Of a stretch of DNA of 64,000 nucleotides, positions 50,134 to 60,400 are shown in pieces; the first letter of the stretch is position 1; every line of letters begins with the position of its first letter. The position numbers and the translations under genes are program-made. The DNA comes from a virus (taxonomy: Duplodnaviria; Caudoviricetes), in the IMG/VR virus record IMGVR_UViG_3300033121_002356, positions 60,722-124,721 of that record. The stretch is one strand, 5' to 3'. The notes below the pieces were generated by a model. The model was given only the letters and a program-made list of their open reading frames with translations, searched no databases and had not been told where the DNA came from.

Positions 50134-50964
50134 TTATCCAGCTATATCTGATATTTGTGCATCTTCCTCTTTACTTTGTTTCTTCTTTTTTGTCTTCTTT
50201 TTAGAGTTACCGTCTTCAGATGACATTGATTCCTCTAACAGAGGAGTACTCATATTCTCACTCTCATTAGCCGTAGCTATTGCTTTAGTGATTTCATCAA
50301 GAGCTGTTTGCACTTTCTCTTTTCTCTTTTCATCGATTCGTTTAAACACAACATTCTCTGGTATCTTATTTAGGATATCCCCATCAATACCTTGCAACCA
50401 TAGATATACCTGCGTCTTGGCGGTCAATATGAAATTAAAATTTGTATCATTCATATAATCTGCGTATGTCGGCCAAACCTTTTTACCAGAAGCATCAACT
50501 ATTACTGAAGAGATTATAAAATCAATCTTAGCATCTTCGGCTAATTTCTCGCAAGTTGTATTCATTGGATTAGTAAATCGAAGATTAAGTCTATAAAGGT
50601 CATCTCTGGCACGAGCAACCTCTAGTGCTATCTTCTCTAGCTCTTCATCCTCTGTGTCTGGGTCTAGATTGGCAAGCTCTAATCTCATTAAAGCATCTTG
50701 TAGGTGGCTTCTAGAAACGGAGAGTTCCCTTTCATACTCTTCCCCTAAAAGCCCACGACCCTTTAAAAGACCTTCCATTTCGTGGGATGTGTAAACCCCT
50801 TCCGCAACAGCCTCATTATAAACCTTAGCGTGGTGCCACTCTGACTTTCTAATAGCTTCGGCTGAAGGAGGGTTTATGTAGTAAGTAAGGTCATTGAATA
50901 CAAACTTAACTCTAGTATCTTCCTTTAGTGGGTCAACTGTTCCATTTTCATTATTTGCTATCAT
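50134..50964 (-). CDS. Tail assembly chaperone, short form (likely start 50964 rather than 50991)
   Basis: Lies between tube and TMP genes. AAGGAGAAGG precedes the ATG at 50964. Confidence 0.65.
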   Translation of the reverse strand: MIANNENGTVDPLKEDTRVKFVFNDLTYYINPPSAEAIRKSEWHHAKVYNEAVAEGVYTSHEMEGLLKGRGLLGEEYERELSVSRSHLQDALMRLELANLDPDTEDEELEKIALEVARARDDLYRLNLRFTNPMNTTCEKLAEDAKIDFIISSVIVDASGKKVWPTYADYMNDTNFNFILTAKTQVYLWLQGIDGDILNKIPENVVFKRIDEKRKEKVQTALDEITKAIATANESENMSTPLLEESMSSEDGNSKKKTKKKKQSKEEDAQISDIAG

Positions 50965-51277
50965 TTTTTCCTTCTCCTTTATTAAATTCAACTATTGATT
51001 CCATTTTAGAATCAAAATTCACAACATAATGAGAATCTATTTCTGCCTGTAAATCTCTTACTAGGTTATTTAATATTCTCAATGCCTTTGCTCTAAACCT
51101 ATTATAGGATTCTTTATTTCCTATTGCGACTTCTGCAAGGTCCAAAACAGAACGGCCTCCTGTGTGAATTACCTTATCCTTTATTAGATTTTTTAACTTT
51201 TCCCGTGACTTATCCTCGTTAGAAGGAACAAACTTATACATCTTGTCCCCGATACGAGTTCCTTTATTTTGATACAT
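50951..51277 (-). CDS. Hypothetical protein (108 aa)
   Basis: AAGGAG RBS; lies between the tube and chaperone genes. Confidence 0.7.
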   Translation of the reverse strand: MYQNKGTRIGDKMYKFVPSNEDKSREKLKNLIKDKVIHTGGRSVLDLAEVAIGNKESYNRFRAKALRILNNLVRDLQAEIDSHYVVNFDSKMESIVEFNKGEGKNDSK

Positions 51278-51316
51278 ATTATCTCCTTATTCCTTTATAG
51301 AGCACCTTCCTTTACT

Positions 51317-51350
51317 GAACAAATGGGAGAGCGGGTTTCCCCGCGCTCCC
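51317..51350 (-). terminator. Intrinsic terminator-like hairpin after the tail tube gene
   Basis: Minus strand reads GGGAGCGCGGG-GAAA-CCCGCTCTCCC followed by an imperfect U-tract, ATTTGTT. Confidence 0.7.
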
Positions 51351-51378
51351 TTTTGCCTTTCTCAATAACGATTAGTTA

Positions 51379-52986
51379 TTAAGTATTCTTTACTATACCG
51401 GGGTCAAGCAATAGATAGTCAAAATCTATGTCACCTTTAATCCAAGTAAGTTCGTTTCGTGCTCTAAAGTTAAATGTCTGAGTAGCGTTGTTACCAACCG
51501 CTAGATTGAATGCCTCAGAAGTAATCGCTAGACCCGGAACGATAATTGTCTTAAGAGCGTACTCTTGCTCTGGTGTAGGTTGAACAGTTGAGGCATAGGT
51601 GCCTTTAGTACCGTTGTTGAAGTAGTCTTCACCAAGAAGGTCGTCAGTAAGCACTTTACGGCTTGAACCAGTTCCACCTGCATCCTCGTCAGTTTGACGA
51701 TAAACCTTGATAACAAGAATTGAATCTTTCTTGTTCATAAGGTCAAAGATGTCGATATCGTCTAGGGTATTGTTGGTATACTCATCGAGTTTACCAGCAA
51801 AGATTGCCCATTGTTCCAAATCAGCCGCAGTAGTTTCTACTGTAACTGTAATAGGAATAGGCACAGTTGCCGGACGGTCATAAGCACGAAGTCTACCAAG
51901 CTCCATCAACTGCTCTCGGGTAAGAGTAGCTGAAATATTAACACTCTGTAGTCTAAGGGCTCTGCTCCAATCTGTGGTAGTAAGTGGGTCTACGATGTAG
52001 GCCTCGATTTGTCCTTTTCTCAAACCACCTGCTAGTTTGGCATCAGCAGCTTCGTAATAGTGTGAACGAACCACTCTATTAGCACCTGCTGCGCTTTCAT
52101 CTGCGGGAGCATTAGCAGCATAAATAAGCTCTAGTGTGTCACCAGAGGCTACAGTAAATGCTGTTGGGAAAAGAAGGTTGTTGTTTGCGGAATTGTAAAC
52201 CGCATAGTTTACTCGTGCTACAGTACCTGCAACTACTGGCCAATAATGAACAGTACCGGCAGATGAGTCGTAGAAGGTAACTGCTCTATCACCATTTGGG
52301 TCAATTCTCATAAACCCTACGGAACTATCTGATAGAGTAACTACTGCTTCTGCGGGGGAACCACCTTCGTTAAGAGCCAAATCTACAGAAGAGGCTGACC
52401 CAGTAAAGGTGAATTTCTCATACGATACGAAACGGCCGTCATTCAAAAGCCATAGTTTAAAGTCAGTCTCACCAGCGTAGTTCTCAGTAGCGTTGCCACG
52501 AACATTGTAGCTCATGTCAATTCTATTGATATAAATACGGCTTAGATACTGAGTAAACTCAATGTTATTTGCAGTTGTACCTACGTCGCATTCCTCTTGC
52601 ACTGGAGACCAAAAGTCAATACCAGTGGTACCATCGCAGGTTCCACGGGCAAAGGCTAATAGGTTAGCTCCATGAAGATACGCAACTTCAGTATTACCGC
52701 TAGCAACAACGAGGTAAGCGTTTGAATTGTCGGCAGTAACGCCGAAATTTGTGATATCGATACCCGCTAGAGTTGCAACAGTATCAACCGAACCGTAATC
52801 ATTGGTATCGATTGTTACCGCAACTGCCGGAATATCGTCTACTACGTCTACTATCTCCTGGCTACCAAGCTCAAATAGGTCTTCACTATTAAATGTAGTG
52901 TCGGTACCAATTGTTTGAACTCGATGTAGGAGAACGCCGTTTACCCATGGCGCCATGCTTGGGTAAATTATTCGAGCTCTAACCAT
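51379..52986 (-). CDS. Major tail (tube) protein with two tandem tube domains
   Basis: Lies between tail terminator and chaperones; GGAGG RBS; visibly higher GC; followed by a hairpin. Internal duplication 'RVQTIG..SEDLFELG' / 'RLQSVN..REQLMELG'. Confidence 0.8.
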   Translation of the reverse strand: MVRARIIYPSMAPWVNGVLLHRVQTIGTDTTFNSEDLFELGSQEIVDVVDDIPAVAVTIDTNDYGSVDTVATLAGIDITNFGVTADNSNAYLVVASGNTEVAYLHGANLLAFARGTCDGTTGIDFWSPVQEECDVGTTANNIEFTQYLSRIYINRIDMSYNVRGNATENYAGETDFKLWLLNDGRFVSYEKFTFTGSASSVDLALNEGGSPAEAVVTLSDSSVGFMRIDPNGDRAVTFYDSSAGTVHYWPVVAGTVARVNYAVYNSANNNLLFPTAFTVASGDTLELIYAANAPADESAAGANRVVRSHYYEAADAKLAGGLRKGQIEAYIVDPLTTTDWSRALRLQSVNISATLTREQLMELGRLRAYDRPATVPIPITVTVETTAADLEQWAIFAGKLDEYTNNTLDDIDIFDLMNKKDSILVIKVYRQTDEDAGGTGSSRKVLTDDLLGEDYFNNGTKGTYASTVQPTPEQEYALKTIIVPGLAITSEAFNLAVGNNATQTFNFRARNELTWIKGDIDFDYLLLDPGIVKNT

Positions 52987-53084
52987 TTCGATTATTCCTC
53001 CAAATGTAAAAGTCTATGCATATCCTTTTCGGATTTTGTGAGCACCCATCAATCCCATTCCTTGTGGCCAAAATAAATTGGCTC

Positions 53085-53912
53085 CTACACCGAATCACGG
53101 GAGTTATATACCCTCATGGATAAACTTACCACAGATTTATATCTCTCGCCATATGTAAAGTCGCGTGTTCCTGGTACATCAAAATTTGTAACCTTCTCAA
53201 AGAAGATTCTGCTAGATTTTTCTAGTTGTACAGGAATGAAATCGGAATTAAAAGTGCCATCATAATTAAGTGGAAACCCATTTAAGTTAAAATCTATAAG
53301 CATGCAACATCTTTCTTCCAAATTATCTAGCAATGTTTGTACTATATCATCTCTTTCAGAAGTACTTTTTGCATACACACTTATCTTAGTAACTCTATCA
53401 GTTATTTTTCCGCCCCCTATTTCTAGAGGAGTAAGGGGCTCTTGTCCGCTAGTTTCTACCGCTATAAATGGTAAATCTAATTTATCACTTTCTCTGTTTT
53501 CTTCATACGCATCTAAAACTGCGACATAAGGAAACTCGTAAGAAATTTTAGCTGGAGCCGCTCCATTTAATCTTGTCACTTTTCCGTTCTTATAATCTAT
53601 CTTGTAGTCCGTATTAGAAAGAACGGAATCCGCTATATCGTATACAGTTACTATTGATGACTGCTCTTGTGAGTTATCTACAACTATGCCCGATGGGGTT
53701 GATATTTTATCATAAAAATATAACCCTCTTCCTCTTTGAAAAGGATTAGGCATAAGTGGAGACGAATTAATTAATTTAATTTGATAAACATCTCCGCCCA
53801 AAGAAACAAGAGAGTCTTTTACTCTGGGTATGTAAAACTCTTTAGAAAATACCATATTTCTTAAATGAAATATTAGGGATAAATCCTCTAATCTGGCTCT
53901 TTTCATTTTCAT
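53085..53912 (-). CDS. Tail terminator / tail completion protein
   Basis: 'LPFIAVE...LEIGGG...ISVYAKSTSERDDIVQTL' matches the gp17/gpU-type pattern; directly upstream of the tube gene. Confidence 0.7.
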   Translation of the reverse strand: MKMKRARLEDLSLIFHLRNMVFSKEFYIPRVKDSLVSLGGDVYQIKLINSSPLMPNPFQRGRGLYFYDKISTPSGIVVDNSQEQSSIVTVYDIADSVLSNTDYKIDYKNGKVTRLNGAAPAKISYEFPYVAVLDAYEENRESDKLDLPFIAVETSGQEPLTPLEIGGGKITDRVTKISVYAKSTSERDDIVQTLLDNLEERCCMLIDFNLNGFPLNYDGTFNSDFIPVQLEKSSRIFFEKVTNFDVPGTRDFTYGERYKSVVSLSMRVYNSRDSV

Positions 53913-54622
53913 TTCTGCATCATACCCTTAAGTTGGTCTATTATAAACTCTGATACGCCGCTGTTTTGAAGCCTACTATAAACACGTTGAATATAGCTAC
54001 CACTAACCTCTATATTACCAGCTACGTATTCAGGTGAATGTATTAAGTCCCACCCATCTTGAAAAAAGAAATCTGGCTCAGCTAGAATAGCACCAGAAAA
54101 TTTAAATAGTTTTCCTTCAGTGAGTAATGATAATGATTCAGCAGAAACGCCATAATAAGTATTTAATCTTTCGACAAAATGGTCTCGTTCTTCTGAAGAT
54201 ATTACATTATTTTGAACTAAATCCTCTAAAAATTTAGGAGTTATTTGCCCCTTATCTATAAGAATATATTTTCTACGTATACCATTTAAATACGCAGACA
54301 CCCATCTAAAATCACCAAGACTAAATTCCTCGGAATAATCTGTATTGTACATACCAAACTGTTGGTCATTAAGTAGTCCTATTTCTATACCGCTTGTAGA
54401 AATAGAAACACCCTCTTCGTATGAATTTAAAACAACATTCTGATACGAAGTTAATATATCTTCATAACTTATTGGGGTATTACTATTATTTCTTATATTT
54501 GAGTAATCTATGGCAATAGGTCTAAATTCTTCAACTAAAATATTAACTATAGGTCCTTTTAAAGGAACCCTAGCTATATAATTTAGCTTGTCCATAAATT
54601 CTCTAACTAAAGTACTCATCAA
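53909..54622 (-). CDS. Putative neck / tail completion protein
   Basis: Position between head-closure-like and terminator genes only. Confidence 0.45.
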   Translation of the reverse strand: MMSTLVREFMDKLNYIARVPLKGPIVNILVEEFRPIAIDYSNIRNNSNTPISYEDILTSYQNVVLNSYEEGVSISTSGIEIGLLNDQQFGMYNTDYSEEFSLGDFRWVSAYLNGIRRKYILIDKGQITPKFLEDLVQNNVISSEERDHFVERLNTYYGVSAESLSLLTEGKLFKFSGAILAEPDFFFQDGWDLIHSPEYVAGNIEVSGSYIQRVYSRLQNSGVSEFIIDQLKGMMQK

Positions 54623-56262
54623 CCAGCCTTTGCGTCAGTAGCAACTTGTACAAACCAACAAATCACTAATGCATTCATGCCTATCCCATCATAAAGGGGA
54701 GGCTTTATTTTTTCATATCGAACATCATTAATAGTTATATATAAGCAATTTAATAATATATCAAAATTTTGTTCACTGGTTTTTAAAATAATATATGACT
54801 TTCCATCTTTACCATATGGGGTAGGTTCATAAACAGCATCAGCTGAATACAATTCTTCCGGAAAAAAATCTATTAATGCCTTTATAACTGTAGTAGAAGT
54901 TGCTTCTAGTTTTCCATTACCCCAACATACAGGACAAACATACGAATTAAAATCTTGGGGGGTTATCGTTACTTCAGAAGAAGTCCCGGAAAATAATACT
55001 ACAGGAGCAACAAAATTAATGTTAAAAACACCAGAAGATTTTCCACTACTTATATCAAAAAGACAATTGTTAACGGATATGCCACTTGCTATATAGCTAT
55101 GCACATGTTCAACTTCAAAATTAAATACCGTTGTTTTTTTATTTTCAACTAAAACCGAAGATACAACTGTATAATATTTATCATCTGTTAATACCGCTCC
55201 TCTTTTTTCTTTGCTTTCCCAATATCTTATAAAATAAGAATTTTTTCTAAATATACCATCTTTTCTAGTCCCTTCTTTGTTTAAAGAGATAGTAGCATAG
55301 TAACCACAGGACAATAAAAGGCTATATAATTGATAAGCTAGCTTTTCTGATATAGTAGAAGCCACCCTAGCACCCAAATTTAACTCTCTATGCCCATCAC
55401 CAAAGTAATACCCATCTAATAGTATTTTAGTCTGTCTTTTACTAAGTTTACCATATAATTCTCTAGGTATAATTTTGTTTTCTGCTAAATGCCCGCAAAA
55501 TGAATCCAAAAATTTTGCCAGATATACACTATATAGCTCAAATACAGCATTTTTAGAGTTAGGTCTTGAACAGAGGGACCAATTAATATTAAGTAATTCT
55601 TTCCAATAATTAGAAACCTTAGTACCAACCTCTATCTCTTCATTATTTAAGCAATATTGAATTTGTCTATTCTTAGAGGTGCATCCTTCTGCGATAAAAA
55701 GACCAATGGCGAACAAAAAGTCATCTGTGACTTCAATTTGTTTCGGTAACAAAGAATTTCGTAGTACGTATTTACTTACATACCAATCAGGAGTAATATA
55801 CAAAAGGTCTTGTTCTGGTAACTTCAATAATCCTTTAAATAAAATATCCCCAGGCTTAATCTCTTTAATTTCTTTTTCAACTAATTCTCCTAATATGGGG
55901 GAATATTTATTACCTTTATTTGTATAAGTAGGAATTCTATGAGACTCTGTAGCAGTTATTCCTATATTATTTCCATGAGTTTTTAACGTAATAAAATTAC
56001 AATCTACTTCTTTAAATAATATATTTGAAATCCTCCGTATATCTCCATTGCCATCTAATACCTCATCTCCTATATTTAAATTATCAATATATTCCATACC
56101 ATATGGTACCTCTATAAGAGTACCAGCTTCAAAGCAATTCGGGCAGGAAACAATAGTGGAAGGGTTATATACAACTACAGCGTCAGATAAATCTAAAATT
56201 ACCTGATTCATTACTTTTTTATATTCTTTTTGAATACTTTTAGGTATTAAAGAACCAGGCAT
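54619..56262 (-). CDS. Putative head-closure/neck protein with CxxC...CxxCxGxG zinc finger, interrupted by an intein
   Basis: The spliced extein (190 aa) reads 'IVSCPN|CLFD...YVCPVCWGNG'. It follows the adaptor gene. Confidence 0.65.
   Translation of the reverse strand: MPGSLIPKSIQKEYKKVMNQVILDLSDAVVVYNPSTIVSCPNCFEAGTLIEVPYGMEYIDNLNIGDEVLDGNGDIRRISNILFKEVDCNFITLKTHGNNIGITATESHRIPTYTNKGNKYSPILGELVEKEIKEIKPGDILFKGLLKLPEQDLLYITPDWYVSKYVLRNSLLPKQIEVTDDFLFAIGLFIAEGCTSKNRQIQYCLNNEEIEVGTKVSNYWKELLNINWSLCSRPNSKNAVFELYSVYLAKFLDSFCGHLAENKIIPRELYGKLSKRQTKILLDGYYFGDGHRELNLGARVASTISEKLAYQLYSLLLSCGYYATISLNKEGTRKDGIFRKNSYFIRYWESKEKRGAVLTDDKYYTVVSSVLVENKKTTVFNFEVEHVHSYIASGISVNNCLFDISSGKSSGVFNINFVAPVVLFSGTSSEVTITPQDFNSYVCPVCWGNGKLEATSTTVIKALIDFFPEELYSADAVYEPTPYGKDGKSYIILKTSEQNFDILLNCLYITINDVRYEKIKPPLYDGIGMNALVICWFVQVATDAKAG
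55066..56136 (-). mobile_element. Intein with LAGLIDADG homing endonuclease (357 aa)
   Basis: Block A 'CFEAGTLI'; block B 'ITATESHRI'; endonuclease motifs 'IGLFIAEG' and 'LDGYYFGDG'; blocks F/G 'VFNFEVEHVHSYIASGISVNN|C'. Confidence 0.95.
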
Positions 56263-56269
56263 AATTTAT

Positions 56270-56914
56270 TTACTCCAGCCGTATACCCCCTAAATTTAGG
56301 GCAATATGCATACGCACATTAGTCATCATTTCTTTTAATTGACTTCTCAGCCCATCTAAGTATTGAACATCGGCTCCTTTACCCTTTGTAAATTGAGTTC
56401 GTCCATCTGTAACTTGAATAGAGCCAGGCTGTGATGCAGTTTGTCCTTCTAATAAAAGTATGGCCGCTTGTACTTCTTGTAAATTTATAGGAATTTTAGA
56501 AACAGGAATACTTCGCTCAGATAAAATTACTAAAGCCTGGTCAAAAGCATCTAGTATCTCTTTATCAGAGAATCTAAAGGTTTGGAAAAACATCTCAAAG
56601 GTGGGCTCATCTAGAGGGGCATCTGAAAATAAAAGCCACTGATAATTATTAACAGTGGGGTTATCAGAGTCCTCATAATCCATACCGGATACAGTAATCT
56701 TTAATGGCCAACTTTTTTCTGAAAATCTATAAAGACTGTCATTTCTAAATACTCTTGAGGAAAACGGTCCTGTATCGGATGATACAAACCCATAAGCATC
56801 ATACCCAACTTCGGGGTAGTCTCCTATAAGCTTTCTTATATCAGAAACTACACCTTCCTCCTCAACCGTAAGGCTGATTTCAGGGGGATAAGTTGTATCA
56901 GCAAATATGCTCAC
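56270..56914 (-). CDS. Head-tail adaptor-like protein
   Basis: 'VSDIRKLIGD...FSDKEILDAFDQAL...AAILLLEG' matches the gp6/gp15-type helical pattern; GTG start. Confidence 0.6.
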   Translation of the reverse strand: MSIFADTTYPPEISLTVEEEGVVSDIRKLIGDYPEVGYDAYGFVSSDTGPFSSRVFRNDSLYRFSEKSWPLKITVSGMDYEDSDNPTVNNYQWLLFSDAPLDEPTFEMFFQTFRFSDKEILDAFDQALVILSERSIPVSKIPINLQEVQAAILLLEGQTASQPGSIQVTDGRTQFTKGKGADVQYLDGLRSQLKEMMTNVRMHIALNLGGIRLE

Positions 56915-57357
56915 TTATTCATCCTCTTTAATTCCTTAACCCGTCTGGCTAAGGCTTTTTGTAAAAATTTATTTTTACCATTCTTCCTAGCCATAGTCTG
57001 GGCATACGTTAATAGTCTAGTACTGTCAATTTTAGATATTAGTAGTTTAGTATCGTCATTATACTCTAATTCTGATAATATTTTTGGGGTAACCGTTTCT
57101 ACATCCATCTGATACTTCTTTAATTCATTTTCTATACGAATTTCTTTAGGAGTCTCTGGATTTAATAAGTCAACCCCTATCACTTCTACCCCAGAGGAAT
57201 TTGATTTATTTTTTATATGTTCTATAAAATTTTCTAAAGTCATTCTTAAAGAGTATACTTTATAAAGGTCTAATAAATTTATTTTTTCGTTAGGACCAAT
57301 AGTTCTACCAAATACATGCTTAAATGTCCCTGTCCTATTGATAATATAGCCTTCCAT
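56911..57357 (-). CDS. Hypothetical basic protein (148 aa)
   Basis: AAGGAG RBS; first gene after an AT-rich intergenic gap. Confidence 0.7.
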   Translation of the reverse strand: MEGYIINRTGTFKHVFGRTIGPNEKINLLDLYKVYSLRMTLENFIEHIKNKSNSSGVEVIGVDLLNPETPKEIRIENELKKYQMDVETVTPKILSELEYNDDTKLLISKIDSTRLLTYAQTMARKNGKNKFLQKALARRVKELKRMNK

Positions 57358-57450
57358 ATAAACTTCTCCTTACGTAAATCTATAATATAAAGTACAGAAT
57401 TTGTTCAGTACCTACCTACAAGATATTGAAAATATTATAAATTATATTTA

Positions 57451-60400
57451 CTATAAAGGATTACTGAATACTCCCTGATTTATAATATTATTATCTCTTA
57501 CCCCATCGCAATCATCATCTAAACCATTACTAATTTCCCTAGCTCCTGGATGAACAGAAGCACGAGTATCGTCACAGTCTGTTTCGGGGTGAGTACAACC
57601 AGCTGAACCTGGGTTTCCGTATCCATCCCCATCGCTGTCCACGCAATCAGCTTGTATAGTCCAGTTATTATTATTTCCTGAATCTAGACTTGTTGATGCT
57701 GTGCGTGCTGATGCATTTGAGTTATTTGAATCTTTAATGTCTACATATGAAACACTAGGGATGCTTTGAGGATTTATATTCCACCTAGTAGGGGTAGCAG
57801 AACTTCTAAGTACAATTTTACTTCCGGAAGTACCTGTTAACGTAAGAACACCTGATATTGTCTGCGTAGAGCCAGCTGTGAAAGTAAGGGCTTTTCCCGC
57901 TGTAGTACAGGTTAGTGTGGTAAAAGTGGTGTTTCCTGTAAATAAACTAGTACCAGAACCATTGAATGTTACTAATCCTGAATTAGTAAAGGTGCCGTTA
58001 TTAGTCCAATTTCCACCAACCACAATGTTTTGGGAATTTTGAACTAAAGTAGTACCAGAAGCAATAGAAACGTCGCCGCTCAATGTAAGAGTATTGCCAA
58101 GAGAGACTTTCCCAGACCCACTCAGGGTGAGCGTGTTTATGGTCAGAGCCCCGCTGAGAGTTCGTGTATAAGCGGTAGAAACCGATGTGTGACTGTTATT
58201 GTTTACAGCCACATCTCCGTAGGTAGCCGCTGCTGCTTTGGTATAGATGGTTCCCGCCGCTGCATATGTTCCATCGTAAATACTTCCTCCATAGGCTGTG
58301 ACAGAACCATTATGAGTCCTGGTAGTATAGGTAAGGGAAATCTTGCCTCCACCACCACCACGACCTGAAGAGTTTCCACCATTACCCCCATTAGCAGTAA
58401 TTGAACCAGCTCCAGCTAGGGTACCAGCATTTATCCAAATACTACCTCCTGCTCCAGCTCCTGCATCAACTCCTCCTCCATTGCTACCATTTGCAACAAT
58501 GTTTCCAGTAACCGTTAAAGTCCCAGTTACATCAAGTCGAATGGTACCTCCGCCATACCCACCATTGGAACCGGAGCCACTTCCAGCACCCGAACCAGCA
58601 GTAACAGGTGAAGTTATGGAACCAATTCCAGAAAGGCCACCACCAGAACCATTCCCCTTGGCACCGTCACCACCATTTCCTCCTCCGGAGGGGGAACAAC
58701 ACCCCGTTCCATCTCCAGTTGCTGGCCCCTGACCTGTCACAAATCCGAGACCGGTAACAGTAACAGAACCAGAAGAAATATTCATGTCTCCAGAAACAGT
58801 GAAGTACACGGCTCTGGCTGCGGTTGTTCCAGTTCCATTGGGCTCCTGGGTATGATTTACCGTTCCTCCAGAAATTGTCAAGTTTCCAGGAATAGAAAGT
58901 CCAGTATTGTTTGCGAAAGAAAAAATTCCACCAGTAGATATAGTTAAATTAGTTAATCCAGAAAAAGCCCCGTTATATGTATAAGTACTAGAAGATAGAG
59001 TTGTGGAAGAGGCAACCGTATGAGTTCCTAAGTTGGTTATGTTAGGGGCTCCGGTCAGAGAGGAAATTGCTGAGGTATCAAGAATTCCTCCACTGTTGAT
59101 AGTCAAAGTTGCGTCGGATGTACCATTAGTAAATGCAGTGGCAACGGTCAGAGTCTTTCCAGAGGTAATTAAAAGTTGAGCGTAATTTTTAACTGTTACG
59201 TTTGCGAATGTCTCACTCGCTGGTATTCGGGTATACCAGGTAGTCGTTGGTGTTGTACTATTGGTTCCATTATCAACAGTTAGGTCACCATAAGTTGCAG
59301 AGGATGCCTTTGTGTAAATAGTTCCAGCCGCACTTACATATATGCGACCGTTGTAAGAACCCGTAGTGGTTCCATAGGCAGAAACAGTCCCGTTGTGAGT
59401 TCTCGTTGTATAGGTTAGAGAAATCTTGCCTCCTCCTCCAGCACCACCACCATAGCTTGCTGTTCCACCACCATTTGCCCTGATAGTACCAGAACCAGCC
59501 AGGGTTCCTGCATTTATCCAAATGCTTCCTCCTGCACCTTCACCACAATCACCTGTCTGCCCGTTGGAAGAGATGGTACCGGTTACTGTCAAAGTTCCAG
59601 TAACATCCAGCCTAACGGTTCCTCCACCTGAACATCCATTATTTCCTCCAGACCCGGCGGTTACTGGAGCTGAGATGGAACCAAAGCCAGAAGTTCCTGG
59701 GGTATACCCGTTGTAGTAATTATTTTGAGTACCATCCCCTCCGTTAGCACCACCAGCATAATACCCAGGAGCAGTTCCTGGACCTTGTGCATAAGCGAAT
59801 CCTAAGCTATCCACAGTAATAGAACCAGAAGAGATATTCATATCTCCAGCTACTGCAAAGTAAACAGAACGAGCAGCCGTTGTTCCAGAACCATTGGGTT
59901 CCTGGGTATGATTTACCGTAGCTCCAGAGATAGTTAGATTTCCAGGAATTGACAAGCCAGTATTTGAAGTGAATGTGAAGATTCCACCGGATAAGGTTAA
60001 ATTGGTTAATCCAGAAAAGGAACCTCCGTTATAGAGATAAGTATTAGACGCTAGAGTGGTAGAAGAATTTATAGTATGGGTTCCTGCATTGGTTATGTTT
60101 GGAGAACCAGATAGGGACGAAACAGCAGATGTGTCAAGTGTTCCACCACTATTTATGTATAAAGTTGAATTGGATGTCCCACCCGAAAACCCAGAGGCAC
60201 TCGTAAGTGTCACACCAGACTGAATTAGTACTTGAGCATAGTTTTTTATTGTAATGGTTGCAAAAGTATCACTTGCCGGAATTCTTGTGTACTTAGGACT
60301 TGGGTAAGATACCGTACTACTTGACCCATTGTCTATAAGAAGGTCTCCATATGTGGCGGCAGAAGCTTTGGTATAGATAGTTCCTGGGGCAGAAGTGCTT

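Noticed and set aside
51379-52986. 535-aa protein as a tail sheath
   Set aside because: The size fits, but the sequence shows duplicated tube-type beta motifs and no separate tube gene follows.
57426-57454. Plus-strand sigma70-like match TTGAAA-17-TACTAT
   Set aside because: Very AT-rich context makes a chance match likely, and it points antisense with no gene downstream.
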